The notes beneath the pieces are model-generated. The model did not search any database, had not been told where the DNA came from, and saw only the letters and a program-made list of their open reading frames with translations. A stretch of DNA of 64,000 nucleotides, taken from the NCBI GenBank assembly GCA_035559535.1, contig DATMBG010000012.1, positions 124,001-188,000 on the forward strand. Reading direction: 5' to 3'. Positions 1 to 10,183 of this stretch are shown one piece after another (the stretch's first letter is position 1; the number at the start of each line of letters is the position of its first letter). The stretch comes from Candidatus Limnocylindrales bacterium. Its GTDB lineage: Bacteria > Moduliflexota > Moduliflexia > Moduliflexales > JAUQPW01. Both the position numbers and the translations under genes were made by a program.

Positions 1-73
1 GCCCTTCCCAGACAAAGAGGCTTCCAACAAAGAGGCCGATTTGATAAAGATGGAGTTTAGAGATTTTGGGCAT
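1..73 (-). CDS. ABC transporter permease, N-terminal fragment (runs off window)
   Basis: Manual translation from ATG at 73 gives MPKISKLHLYQIGLFVGSLFVWEG, a typical first TM helix; overlaps the ATPase gene stop. Confidence 0.7.
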   Translation of the reverse strand, partial: MPKISKLHLYQIGLFVGSLFVWEG

Positions 74-848
74 AACTTTTAAGTACCTCGCCTCGCAAAA
101 TATGCCATATTTCACGGTGAATTTCCAGGAATTTATCCGTCAATCGAATTTCGGCTACATCCCGAGGACGGGATAAGGGGATGGTAAACTCACCCATAAG
201 CTTTGATGCCGGTCCGGCGGATAGTACGATCACGCGATCTGCCAGGGCTACAGCTTCTTCCAGGTCGTGGGTAACGAAAAGAACCGATTTCCGGTCTTCT
301 TGCCACAGTCGAAGCAACTCGTTCTCCATCAGGTTCCGAGTCTGAACATCCAAAGCCGAGAAAGGTTCATCCATTAATAAAATTTTGGGATTGAGAATCA
401 AAATCTGGGCCAGTCCAACCCGCTTCTTCATGCCACCTGATAATTGATGGGGGTAATAGTTCTCAAATCCTTTAAGCCCTACCTTTGCCAGCCATTCCCT
501 GGCCCGTTGGCGGGCTTCTTGAACAGGAACCTGTCGAAAGATCAACCCAAGGGCGACGTTGTCCAAAGCGGTTTTCCAGGGCAGAAGGGCATCTTGCTGA
601 AAGAGATATCCAACCCATCGGTTTAATCCTTTCGTCGGCTCTTTGAAGGTTCGGATCTCACCTGAAGTAGGCAGGAGGAGACCTGCAACCACGCTTAAAA
701 GCGTGCTTTTACCACAGCCCGTAGGTCCAACAATGGCTACAAACTCGCCCTCTCCTACCTCAAAGCTTATATTTTCTACAGCCGTATAGCCTCCAAAACG
801 GACGGTGATTCCTTCGAGCTGAACAGCAGATTTGTTAAGACTGATCAT
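57..848 (-). CDS. NitT/TauT (SsuB/TauB-like) ABC transporter ATP-binding protein
   Basis: Walker A GPTGCGKS, signature LSGGM, Walker B LLMDEPF, H-loop VTHD, C-terminal RPRD motif. Confidence 0.93.
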   Translation of the reverse strand: MISLNKSAVQLEGITVRFGGYTAVENISFEVGEGEFVAIVGPTGCGKSTLLSVVAGLLLPTSGEIRTFKEPTKGLNRWVGYLFQQDALLPWKTALDNVALGLIFRQVPVQEARQRAREWLAKVGLKGFENYYPHQLSGGMKKRVGLAQILILNPKILLMDEPFSALDVQTRNLMENELLRLWQEDRKSVLFVTHDLEEAVALADRVIVLSAGPASKLMGEFTIPLSRPRDVAEIRLTDKFLEIHREIWHILRGEVLKSYAQNL

Positions 849-2308
849 CCGATTTTTTCCAACTCTCGATGCCGTAGCTCTACATTTATATCGTATTTTT
901 CCCTCAGGTGTTTAGCCAGGCATTCGGCCGAGTATACAGAACGATGCTGTCCCCCGGTACATCCGAAGCAGACCGTCAAACTGGTGAAATTTCGAGAGAT
1001 AAAGGTCTCTACGGCGGCGTCTACCAGAGCAAAACAGTGTTTCAGAAACTCCTCTACTGCCGGAATATTTTTCAAATAGGCGATAACTTCGGCATCTCGA
1101 CCGGTCTTTTGTTGATAAGCTGCTTCACGCCCGGGATTTGGAAGATATCGACAATCAAAAACAAATCCCCCACCGGTCCCCGTTTCATCCAAAGGAATAC
1201 CGGAAGATAGGTACGAGAAGCTAAAAATTCGAACGGTCAGCCTGTTTTCCGAAGGATTCTTTTTGTCTTTGTCCAGGGTAGAAACGATAGAATGAAGGAC
1301 TGTTGTTAGTTCTGGCAAATCAACGGGGAGTTGATGGGTGTAAAGGAAATGTTTAAGATTTTGTACAGCCTCCGGGATACTCAGGAGAAACCCGGATTTT
1401 CGCTGGTAGAGTCCTCGAAACCCATAAGCCCCCAGGGTTTGCATCATTCTGATTAAAACAAAACCGTGATAGTATCGGATGAAGGCGTTCCGATCCACGG
1501 GGATATAGCTTTCCAGGGCACTTAGATATTCCGTGAGTAGTCGTTGACGTACTTCTTCAGGGATTTGAGCTCTGGCCTGATTCAGGAGCGAGGCAATATC
1601 GTATTGCAAGGCTCCCCGACGTCCTCCCTGGTAATCGATGAAAAACGGCTCGTAGGGGGTGCCTGAATGATCTTTTGGGTCCGGTGTTCCAGCTCTTAGC
1701 AGGATATTTCTAGATTGAAAATCCCGGTATAAAAAATAGGGACCCCCGGCTTCCACAAGGAAATCGGCCAGTTTTTGGAAGTCATCTTCAAGCTTTTGTT
1801 CGTTAAAGGGGATCCCTGCCAGTTTCAGGAAATGGTACTTGAAGTAGTTAAGATCCCAGATCATGGACTGGCGATCATAGGTAGATCGAGGGTAACAGAC
1901 TTCGTAATTAAGATCTTTTCCTCCTTCGATTTGAAATTTAGGTAGAATTCGAACAACTTTTTTATAAATTGCTTCAATTTCAACGGGAAAATCGTCCGGT
2001 CCCCTTCGGGCCCTGGCCAATGCATCGAAGAGCGTTAAATCGCCCAGGTCTTCTTCTAGATAAATCCCATGGTCAAGATCTTCTGTATAGATTTCAGGAA
2101 CCGGTAAGCCTATTTTCTTAAAATGCCGGGAGAATTCCAGAAAAGCGATATTCTCGGCCCGATCGGCGTTAGCAACTCCGATAGCAGAACGGGTCACACC
2201 GGCTAATCGGTAAATTTTTCGATCCGAGCCGTGGGCCTTGAGCGGGGTAACGATCCTGACCATCTCTTTGAAATAAGACTGAAATAGTTCGATCAGTTTC
2301 TTTTCCAC
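845..2308 (-). CDS. AmgK/APH-like phosphotransferase fused to a RapZ C-terminal domain
   Basis: GSDRKIYR, EDLGD, YRDFQSRNI and IDYQG kinase motifs; C-terminal FSFSY..VFDCRYLPNP..GCTGGQHRSV is RapZ-C. Confidence 0.85.
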   Translation of the reverse strand: MEKKLIELFQSYFKEMVRIVTPLKAHGSDRKIYRLAGVTRSAIGVANADRAENIAFLEFSRHFKKIGLPVPEIYTEDLDHGIYLEEDLGDLTLFDALARARRGPDDFPVEIEAIYKKVVRILPKFQIEGGKDLNYEVCYPRSTYDRQSMIWDLNYFKYHFLKLAGIPFNEQKLEDDFQKLADFLVEAGGPYFLYRDFQSRNILLRAGTPDPKDHSGTPYEPFFIDYQGGRRGALQYDIASLLNQARAQIPEEVRQRLLTEYLSALESYIPVDRNAFIRYYHGFVLIRMMQTLGAYGFRGLYQRKSGFLLSIPEAVQNLKHFLYTHQLPVDLPELTTVLHSIVSTLDKDKKNPSENRLTVRIFSFSYLSSGIPLDETGTGGGFVFDCRYLPNPGREAAYQQKTGRDAEVIAYLKNIPAVEEFLKHCFALVDAAVETFISRNFTSLTVCFGCTGGQHRSVYSAECLAKHLREKYDINVELRHRELEKIG

Positions 2309-2449
2309 TTACTTTTCAAATAACTTACCCGTCTAAAGAACCAACCAGAGAGTTAAAGATTTTTATCATTTGACCTCCATATCCTTTACCTGCTTTATAG
2401 AATCATGATAAAAGAAATTATCTTCAAAAGCAAGGAAAAAGCAGAATGG

Positions 2450-2606
2450 GTATCTGTATCGATTTAGTAGGCGGAAAAAGAAACATCCCCCTGGCCCCCC
2501 TCCAGGGGGGACTGACAGGGAGTTGCTGCTGCTGAATCCCCCCTGGAGGGGGGCCAGGGGGATGTTCAGACAGAAAAAGTGACACCTACTAAAGGGTTAC
2601 AGTTAC
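2450..2606. mobile_element. MITE family A, copy 1 (157 bp)
   Basis: Imperfect 22-bp TIRs (GTATCTGTATCGATTTAGTAGG; reverse complement of right end GTAACTGTAACCCTTTAGTAGG); 9-bp direct repeat GCAGAATGG at 2441-2449 and 2607-2615; perfect internal 30-bp inverted repeat 2482-2511/2537-2566. Confidence 0.85.
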
Positions 2607-2671
2607 GCAGAATGGTTTTAAGTTTACCCCGCCCTATCTTTAAGTAGAAGATTCTCCCCTCAACAGGGGTT

Positions 2672-2959
2672 TTAAACCCCTTCAACCATAATCACATTAC
2701 CTGTTGAGGCCTTTTGGCGGATCTCTCTGGCTTTGGTATACTCGGGTGAGTTATACCACTGTTTAGCCCGCTCCACACTTTCAAATTCTAGCACAACCAG
2801 ACGCTGAGGTTGCCAATTCCCCTCCAGGGTTTCGACTTTACCTCCGCGTATGATAAATCTGCCTCCATATTTTTCAAGGGTTGGCGGAACAAGTTTTCGG
2901 TATTCTTCGTACAATGTGGGATCGGTAATATGGATTTGTGCAATTACATAGGCTGCCAT
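2672..2959 (-). CDS. DUF1330 family protein
   Basis: YGGRFIIRGG..LEG..VVLEFESVERAKQWYNSPEY pattern; AGGAGG RBS. Confidence 0.9.
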   Translation of the reverse strand: MAAYVIAQIHITDPTLYEEYRKLVPPTLEKYGGRFIIRGGKVETLEGNWQPQRLVVLEFESVERAKQWYNSPEYTKAREIRQKASTGNVIMVEGV

Positions 2960-3005
2960 TTTAACCTCCTTGCTGTTCGGTTACAAAAAAACAAGGTTAT
3001 ACCTT

Positions 3006-3145
3006 TAGTACACTGTTTACTTGGTTTTGCTTGACTTTTAACGGCCCTCACCCTCCCCCCTTCCATCCCCCCGTGGACAGGGGGGGACTTGGGAAGTTAA
3101 CCCGGAGATCCTCCAACTCCCCTCTCCCACAGCGTGGGAGAAGCC
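3006..3145. repeat. Palindromic repeat element, family C
   Basis: TAGTACACTGTTTACTT identical to 7829-7845; contains CCCCCCGTGGACAGGGGGG and TCTCCCACAGCGTGGGAGA hairpins. Confidence 0.65.
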
Positions 3146-3176
3146 TCCCTGGTTTTATTATTGGCCCCATGTTTTG

Positions 3177-4127
3177 TCAGGACCTCCAGGGTAATCGATC
3201 CAGATCCACGTTTCCCCCCGATAGAATAATACCGATACGTTTGCCGGTAAGGTCTATTTTTCTTTCAAACAGGGCTCCTACAGGGACTGCCGCAGAAGGT
3301 TCAATGATGATTTTCATACGTTCCCAGACATGCCGCATACCCATGATAATAGCCTTTTCACTGACCGTTACAATTTTTTGGACGTATTTCTGAAGGATAG
3401 CGAAAGTCAGATCACCCAGGGAGGTAAGTAAACCATCGGCTATGGTGTGGGGTTGGACCGAGGGAACGATTCGGCCTTCCTGGAGGGATCGGTAAGCGTC
3501 GTCTGCACCTTCCGGCTCGGCACCTATCACTTGAGTGGTTGGAGAAAGCTCCGATACGACAATGGCCGTTCCGCTTAAAAGTCCTCCACCTCCTACGGGA
3601 GTCATGATAACATCCAATTTTGGGACTTCAGCCAATAGCTCCAGTGCGGCTGTTCCTTGACCGGCTATAACCCGGGGATCGTTATATGGATGTATAAAGG
3701 TCGCACCTGTTTCTTCAACGATCTTAGTCAGGGTAGCTTCCCGGGCAGCCAGAGTTGGTTCACAGAAGACAATTTTTCCTCCATAACCTGCCACGGCAGC
3801 TTTTTTAACTTCAGGAGCGGTCCTCGGCATCACAATAAAGGCGGGGATTCCACGCCTTTGAGCAGCCAGTGCAAGTGCAGCCGCATGGTTCCCCGAAGAG
3901 TGGGTAGCAACTCCTCGCCGTGCTTCGCTTTCAGATAAAGATAAAACCGCATTACAGGCACCTCGAAACTTAAAAGCTCCTGCCTTTTGAAAATTTTCAC
4001 ATTTGAAAAACAGATCTGCCTGGACCATATGATTCAGGCTAGAAGAAGTAAACACCGGAGTTCGGTGTATGTAAGGCTTAATACGTTCGGCGGCCTGCTG
4101 AATTTCGATTAAAGTTGGATAAGTCAT
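3177..4127 (-). CDS. PLP-dependent serine racemase / threonine dehydratase
   Basis: FKCENFQKAGAFKFRGA PLP lysine motif, SSGNH, PVGGGGL, IILSGGN. Confidence 0.92.
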   Translation of the reverse strand: MTYPTLIEIQQAAERIKPYIHRTPVFTSSSLNHMVQADLFFKCENFQKAGAFKFRGACNAVLSLSESEARRGVATHSSGNHAAALALAAQRRGIPAFIVMPRTAPEVKKAAVAGYGGKIVFCEPTLAAREATLTKIVEETGATFIHPYNDPRVIAGQGTAALELLAEVPKLDVIMTPVGGGGLLSGTAIVVSELSPTTQVIGAEPEGADDAYRSLQEGRIVPSVQPHTIADGLLTSLGDLTFAILQKYVQKIVTVSEKAIIMGMRHVWERMKIIIEPSAAVPVGALFERKIDLTGKRIGIILSGGNVDLDRLPWRS

Positions 4128-4512
4128 TTTATCACGAATTAAGGGTTCAGATCCAGAACAAAATCAAACCATCGGTAAAAAATAAAATATCAATCCGTAA
4201 AACTACCGGTAGGTTTACTATAAGATAGGCGTTTACGTCAAGAAAAATCCCCTTTTCTCCCGGATTTACCCTCAAGCGATCCTTTCATCTTTTGAGTTCC
4301 CAGAGTTTCTTCCGGTTTTGGAATAGGATGGTGGAAGGATTTATAGCTACCCCGCCGGGTCTAAAAGATCTGAAACGGTGTCTCCAACTTATGGAGGAAA
4401 TTCAAGGAACAATCTTCCTTGACACAGATAGGAAGTTTAGTAAACTTCTTATAGATCGGGGAACCCTTTTAAACCCCCTAGATGTTGAGATTTTCAAAAC
4501 CTCAGCGGGTTT

Positions 4513-5244
4513 ATGCATTTTGAAAGATTCTCTAAACCGACTAACCTTATGTTTAAATCGTGGATTCTTCTGTTCCTTGTGGGAAGTCTGGTTTTTCTCA
4601 ATCCATTTTTCACCTACCCGGAAGTCTTTTCGGAGGATCTGATAACTTCCCTGCCCAAAATCCTGGATGGATTAAGCGAGTCGATACGGAAAGTCCGTTG
4701 TGATACAGCCATCCGGCGGGAAGAGGTTTTATATGCAACCGTTGAAAACCCCGAAGAGTTTAAGTGTCTAGAACTTTATCTGGAAATGTTTGGGGGGATG
4801 AAAGCTGAGGAATATCTGGGATATATTCTGGAAATTCAAGGAAAGCGCTACGGCCAGGAAATGACGATAGGCTTCAAGGAAGGAGATTTATTTCTCGGGC
4901 GGAAGACTCCCAAGCTGTTCCCCCAACTCTATGCCTTACGCATCCGCTTCTCCCCCTCTGGCAAAGAGGTGATCCAACACTTAAGTGATAAATATATTGA
5001 GCTTATGGCCTTCCGCTTTGATCAGGTTCCTAAGCGGATCAAACAAGAATCATTAGGAGAAAGTCTCTTGTACGAACAATTTCTCCAATATGAAGATGTC
5101 TTCTCAGAAGATGGAAAGACCACCTATACGAATTCTATTGTTCGGATTTCAACCGAAGATACCGTTATGATTCTGAGTGGAATTGATCTGAGTGAAGAGG
5201 TCTGGAAGGAAATTCTGACTGGGGTTATGAAATCTAAAAGGTAA
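4513..5244 (+). CDS. Hypothetical exported or membrane-anchored protein
   Basis: 243-aa ORF with an N-terminal hydrophobic segment; no recognised motif. Confidence 0.6.
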   Translation: MHFERFSKPTNLMFKSWILLFLVGSLVFLNPFFTYPEVFSEDLITSLPKILDGLSESIRKVRCDTAIRREEVLYATVENPEEFKCLELYLEMFGGMKAEEYLGYILEIQGKRYGQEMTIGFKEGDLFLGRKTPKLFPQLYALRIRFSPSGKEVIQHLSDKYIELMAFRFDQVPKRIKQESLGESLLYEQFLQYEDVFSEDGKTTYTNSIVRISTEDTVMILSGIDLSEEVWKEILTGVMKSKR

Positions 5245-5261
5245 GACCACTGGGCTTGCCA

Positions 5262-5807
5262 TCAAAGTTCGGAAAACCTTTCCACAGCCAGTCGCTCGCG
5301 CTTGTAAAGGTCTCTCATTTTGATGAGAAAATGATCATAAAGCCCGAGTTTAAAATCCGGAAAGCTCCATTCAAAGGAAAGAAATTGCCCTTTGTAATAG
5401 TAGAGGGTGATATCCGCATAAACCCCTTGGGACAAGTAAATTTTCTGACCACCGAATTTCCATGAAGCCAGAACCACCTTATGATAATCCAGATAACCCG
5501 GATCGAGGTTAATTAATCGTTTCCCCTCCTGTCGAAATTGGTCTTCAACCTGGGTGGTAAAATGTTTAACCTCTACGATGCAATCGGGAGAAATAAGCCT
5601 GGAGAAAGAAAGGAAAAAGCGCTGAAGACCGGTTCCCATTTCGGCTTCGTAGTAATCTGTTATAGTAAAAGGCACACCAGGACTGGAAAAGTCAAGGGGA
5701 CCGTATTGAGTTTGAAGAATCGAAGAGACTGGCTGAACCAGCGCAGGCTGCCCGGTGAGGATGGCGATAAAAAGCTTGACCGGATGGGGGGGTTGTACGG
5801 TTGCCAT
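5262..5807 (-). CDS. DUF4416 family protein
   Basis: TDYYEAEMG, RLINLDPGYL, IYLSQGVYAD, W(S/T)FPDF motifs. Confidence 0.85.
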   Translation of the reverse strand: MATVQPPHPVKLFIAILTGQPALVQPVSSILQTQYGPLDFSSPGVPFTITDYYEAEMGTGLQRFFLSFSRLISPDCIVEVKHFTTQVEDQFRQEGKRLINLDPGYLDYHKVVLASWKFGGQKIYLSQGVYADITLYYYKGQFLSFEWSFPDFKLGLYDHFLIKMRDLYKRERLAVERFSEL

Positions 5808-5973
5808 GATTTTTAATGAAGTCGTCCATGTCCGTTAGGGTGAAGATAGGTTTAAAAACCCTATATGGCTCACCCCTACTTCGATCCCTCTTCCAGACTG
5901 TGGGAAAAAAGAGAAGGTAAGAGGTGAAGAGGGATTAAGGGCTGGAACCTAAGTTTTTAGGAGCCCTAATAAA

Positions 5974-6807
5974 TTACGGACTACGAACAACGGATAATCT
6001 TTGCTGTTTCACGATCTGTTGAGCTTCTAGAATAATCTCCTCAGGAATTCCAAAAATTTCAGAGATAGCCCGAGCATAATCCGATCGAATCTTCCGCTGA
6101 TTACGCTGGCCCTCTGAGGTGACTTGTAAATAATTATCTCGCAGGTAAAGTTGAGTTTCATGGGTTACCCGGGTCACAAGCAGTGAATTCATCATATTCC
6201 AGGAAAAGGACTTGAGCCAGTGTTCTCGAAACTCTTCTACACTTACCGGTCGATCTTTGAGAGTATAACGCCACTTTTTCACCGATTTATTCAACGTATA
6301 AACCCGATAACCGGAGACGGTACCTATCAAGTTCCCAGCTTCGAGTCTCTCGAGCTGGATAAAGTTCATAGGAAATTTATGTACAGCTACAGGTTCATGG
6401 GTCAGAGGAAGAGGTCTGGAAAGTAGAAAACCTGGATCTACAAGAAATTTTTGCCTTTGGAGGAGAACGATTAAGGCACAGTGGGTATCTGGTCCGTAAC
6501 TTCGATCTGCCATAACCGGATAGCAATCAAACCCACATCCTTCGAGGATTTGCCAGAGGGTAAAGGTCAGAGAAAAACAAGTACCTCCCGTTCCATATCG
6601 GATATGATCTTCAATAACCTCATCGGGCATCCGGAGTTTACTTGTAGGATCTCCTGTGCGATAGTTTTTAAGGATCTTTGTCAGATTTTCATAGGGAAGC
6701 TGAGCAAATGCATAGACCAATTGGGACAAATACTCAAGATCCGGTCGTCTTGATCTCAGATCAAAATGGGTTAAGAACCGTTGAGTTACAGACTGGTAAG
6801 ACATCAC
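5974..6807 (-). CDS. Arylamine N-acetyltransferase family protein
   Basis: PYENL, GGTCF (Cys), THCAL (His), LVDPGF (Asp) triad. Confidence 0.85.
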   Translation of the reverse strand: MMSYQSVTQRFLTHFDLRSRRPDLEYLSQLVYAFAQLPYENLTKILKNYRTGDPTSKLRMPDEVIEDHIRYGTGGTCFSLTFTLWQILEGCGFDCYPVMADRSYGPDTHCALIVLLQRQKFLVDPGFLLSRPLPLTHEPVAVHKFPMNFIQLERLEAGNLIGTVSGYRVYTLNKSVKKWRYTLKDRPVSVEEFREHWLKSFSWNMMNSLLVTRVTHETQLYLRDNYLQVTSEGQRNQRKIRSDYARAISEIFGIPEEIILEAQQIVKQQRLSVVRSP

Positions 6808-6874
6808 ATTCTCCTCTATTTAATCTTAAAAAGATAAGGCTACCCTGTCAAGGGAAGGCAAGCTTCGACCGATT

Positions 6875-7633
6875 CTACGGCCCAAGTCTTTGCTCCAGCC
6901 AGGCAAAAATATCCTCTTGAGCCTCTGGATTCCCGTACAAAATAGCAATTCCATGGGCTTTTCCCCGATAGATTTTGGTCTCCTTAGGATCTTCTGTCAT
7001 ATTGGCGAGGCCTTCGGCAGCGACAGAGCTGGCTCCTTGACCATCCCCCAGTGTGGCCATAAACAGAATGGATTTAGGGTTAAATTTTTTAACTTCGACG
7101 CCGATGAGCCTGTCAATCCCAGGGGATAAAGCAACTGCTGCACGGATCTCCTTAAAAGTACCTGCGCTCACAAAGGCCACATTGGCTCCCAAATCCCCGC
7201 CGATGATTCCTATTTTCTTACCTTCGATCTGAGGCTGCGTTTTCAACCATTTAATGGCTGCCTTGATATCCCATACCATGTTTCCGGCTTCCTGTTGTAG
7301 AAAATCAGGGGCCTTTGCGTTCAGAACTGTTTTTCCCTTTGAAATACTCTTTCCATGACCTCGCAAATCAATGGCCAGAACGGCATATCCTTTTTCCAAA
7401 AAGGCCGGTGTAAAAGCATCCCATTGGACGCGGCTTCCACCGAAATGGTGGACTAAAATAAGGGGTATTTTTTTCCCTTTCTTTTCCCCGGCAGGGACGG
7501 TCCAAGAAGCCGAAATTTTCACCTCATCATCGGTTGTAAACCAGACCTCAATACTTCCTGGAAGATCTGCCCAGGCACCGGAGAACGACAAAATCCAGAA
7601 CAGACTAAAGAATAAAACTAAAATTTTTCTCAT
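6875..7633 (-). CDS. Secreted alpha/beta hydrolase with atypical nucleophile elbow
   Basis: Signal peptide, IDLRGHGKS, elbow GGDLGA, C-terminal AHG. Confidence 0.8.
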   Translation of the reverse strand: MRKILVLFFSLFWILSFSGAWADLPGSIEVWFTTDDEVKISASWTVPAGEKKGKKIPLILVHHFGGSRVQWDAFTPAFLEKGYAVLAIDLRGHGKSISKGKTVLNAKAPDFLQQEAGNMVWDIKAAIKWLKTQPQIEGKKIGIIGGDLGANVAFVSAGTFKEIRAAVALSPGIDRLIGVEVKKFNPKSILFMATLGDGQGASSVAAEGLANMTEDPKETKIYRGKAHGIAILYGNPEAQEDIFAWLEQRLGP

Positions 7634-7828
7634 AAAGACTCATTCTCATATCCCTCACCCTTCCCTCTAACCCTTTCTTCATATTACTAAGGAGGAATGA
7701 GAAGGGAGGACAAGCTTTGAATAAGACATTCCCGGGGAATAGGAAAGTTCCCGGAGTTGGTACGCTTTTATTTTTTTCTATTTTTAGGGCCTGAAGGGTT
7801 TTGAGGCTAAATGACCCCAAGTATGGAG

Positions 7829-7963
7829 TAGTACACTGTTTACTTAATTTTGACCTCATAGGGCTACTTTCACTCCCCAGCTCCCCTCTCCCGTCGCTAC
7901 GGGAGAAGGGCCGGGGGTGATGGTCACTTAAACATTAAGCAAAATTAAAGTAACAAAGCAGTA
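7829..7963. repeat. Palindromic repeat element, family C
   Basis: Left end identical to 3006-3022; imperfect inverted ends sharing the TTAATTTTG/CAAAATTAA core; internal TCTCCCGTCGCTACGGGAGA hairpin. Confidence 0.65.
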
Positions 7964-7990
7964 GGAGCGATGACCTGACAACAAAAAATT

Positions 7991-8929
7991 TTAAATTTTT
8001 AAGATTTCCCGTGCATTTTCATAAAGAATCCTTTTTCTGAGCGCAAGATCCTTTCCCGTTGCATCCCAAACAGCCTTCAAAGGATGGATAGGATCCCACA
8101 GGGGCCAGTCGCTCCCGAATAAAATTTTATCACCACCTACCGATTCAATAGCCTGTCGGATATGGGCGGTGGGCTGTCCACTGGTTTCCAGATAAATATT
8201 TTGATACCGCTGAGCCAATCGGATAGCCTGCCTGTACTGGGAAATTCCCATATGGCCTAAAATAAAGGTGGTTTGGGGAAACATAGGGAAGATACTTTCA
8301 AAGTTTTCCAGGTTAGAAGGAATCTGCTCAGGATGAGACTCGGTACCCTTCGTTCCGGTATGAAAAATAATAGGTAGAGAATACCGGGAAGCTTCTTCAC
8401 AAATCTCCAAACAAATTGGATCGGAGGGCTTGAAACGTTGTAAATTCGGATGCAGTTTAAGTCCCCGGGCTCCTTGTATCAGATAGTATTTGAGACGATC
8501 TTTCGCCTTTGGATCTCGGGGATCCACCGAACAGAAGGGGATTATTTCTCGATATTTCCCGCATACCCGGATCAACTCCAGAACCGAAGTCTCCTCTTTT
8601 TCAGAGGTATATTCAATGGGAAGAGCGACACTTTGATAAATCCCATATTTCTTCATACTCTTTTGTAAATTGGGAATTGTGGCGCCCTGAATCATTTTTC
8701 TTTTCCAATAAAGGACCCGAAGACCGTGCTTCAGATAGTTGAACGAAAAAGGCTGGAGGCGATTTCGATAAAACAGTTCTCTGGGATTAATCATATCCGG
8801 TGAAGTTATCATTAAAGAAGGAGGAGAGCCGGTTTCGGCCTCCAGGTCAACTCGGGTTTTCATAGGAAAAATATTCCCCAGATGGGTATGAAAATCGATG
8901 ATGGGAATTTCTAGAAGACTTGTGAACAT
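7991..8929 (-). CDS. Amidohydrolase family 2 protein
   Basis: IDFHTH, GLKLHP, IFHTG, LGHMG, LFGSDWP. Confidence 0.9.
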   Translation of the reverse strand: MFTSLLEIPIIDFHTHLGNIFPMKTRVDLEAETGSPPSLMITSPDMINPRELFYRNRLQPFSFNYLKHGLRVLYWKRKMIQGATIPNLQKSMKKYGIYQSVALPIEYTSEKEETSVLELIRVCGKYREIIPFCSVDPRDPKAKDRLKYYLIQGARGLKLHPNLQRFKPSDPICLEICEEASRYSLPIIFHTGTKGTESHPEQIPSNLENFESIFPMFPQTTFILGHMGISQYRQAIRLAQRYQNIYLETSGQPTAHIRQAIESVGGDKILFGSDWPLWDPIHPLKAVWDATGKDLALRKRILYENAREILKI

Positions 8930-9313
8930 ATTTCACAGAATAAACGAAAGAGAGTTATCAATCAAGGAAATTATATTGACTCAGGTCTTTTTATCTTATA
9001 ACTTGAAGGAGTATTCACAGGTTTCTCAAAATCCACAGAAGGTTTAAGTGCAGGCCCGGTGTACCGTGCCCCTTACCTGGAAGAAAATGGTGGTGTTATT
9101 TTCTCATGAGACCAATATTCCACACTACGGATAAGATACCGCCGTGTTCCTATAGCTTTACAACCACCGAAGTGGTATTGGGTGGGTTTAGGAAGGAAGA
9201 AATTACCTTGATACTGTGTTCATGGGAAATGACTTATAACCATGTTCCATTGGAAAACTTTATGGAGTTCCCTTATTTGAACCCATTGAAAGTATAATTT
9301 CAGGAGGTGTTAC

Positions 9314-10183
9314 GTGAATATCAATGAACATCCTGTCCGACCCCGGCGCAGTTTATTATTTGTTCCGGGTCTCCGACCTGATCGTTTTCCCAAGGCTCTG
9401 GATTCTGGTGCAGATATGGTTTGCGTGGATTTAGAAGATGCAGTTGCTTTAGATCGAAAAGCAGAAGCCCGGGCTCTTACCCTACCTTTATTTCGGAACC
9501 CAACCCATAGCCATGTGGAGCAACTGGTTCGGATCAACAGCCTCAGTACTATCAATGGGCTGAAAGATATTCAGGCCATTACGGAGAGTGACACTCCCCC
9601 TCCTGCTCTTATGATTCCTAAAGTTAAATCTGCAGAAGAAATTCAACTTCTGGAAGAGCTGTTGAGTGGTCCCTGTAAGCATATCCGATTCCACGTGATC
9701 ATCGAAACCAATCAAGGCTTAAAGAGGGTCCATGAAATTGCCCAGGCATCCCCTCGGGTTGACTCCTTAATTCTCGGTGCGGTGGACATGTCGGCAGATT
9801 TACGTTGCTCAAAAACCTGGGAAGCTCTGCTTTATACCCGCTCCCGTATGGTCCATGCTGCCGCAAGTGCCGGCATTGATCTTCTGGATGTACCTTATTT
9901 AAACCTCGAAGATGAAGCCGGTCTACGTCAGGAAGCTACCGCCAGTGCCAGTCTCGGTTTTACCGGTAAAGCTGCCATTCACCCCAAACAACTGGCTATT
10001 ATCCACGAGGCGTTTTCTCCAAGTGAAGCCCTGATAGCCCGGGCTCGAAAAATCATTGAAGCTTTTAACAAAAACCCCGAGGGTCTTCTGGTTGTAGAGG
10101 GTGAACTGATCGAGCTACCTGTTATCCGATCCATGTATCGGATACTTGCCATTGCAGAGCGGATTTCCAGGAAATCAACCTGA
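9314..10183 (+). CDS. CitE/HpcH family CoA-ester lyase (citryl-CoA lyase beta-like)
   Basis: RRSLLFVPG, DLEDAV, VRIN, IIET, GFTGKAAIHPKQ. Confidence 0.9.
   Translation: MNINEHPVRPRRSLLFVPGLRPDRFPKALDSGADMVCVDLEDAVALDRKAEARALTLPLFRNPTHSHVEQLVRINSLSTINGLKDIQAITESDTPPPALMIPKVKSAEEIQLLEELLSGPCKHIRFHVIIETNQGLKRVHEIAQASPRVDSLILGAVDMSADLRCSKTWEALLYTRSRMVHAAASAGIDLLDVPYLNLEDEAGLRQEATASASLGFTGKAAIHPKQLAIIHEAFSPSEALIARARKIIEAFNKNPEGLLVVEGELIELPVIRSMYRILAIAERISRKST

Noticed and set aside
1650-1695. Possible REP remnant inserted in the AmgK-like kinase (RAGTPDPKDHSGTPY)
   Set aside because: Begins with GTAGGGG but pairs weakly; needs a homologue alignment
3031-3393. 120-aa Pro-rich plus ORF
   Set aside because: Repeat-derived and antisense to the PLP enzyme
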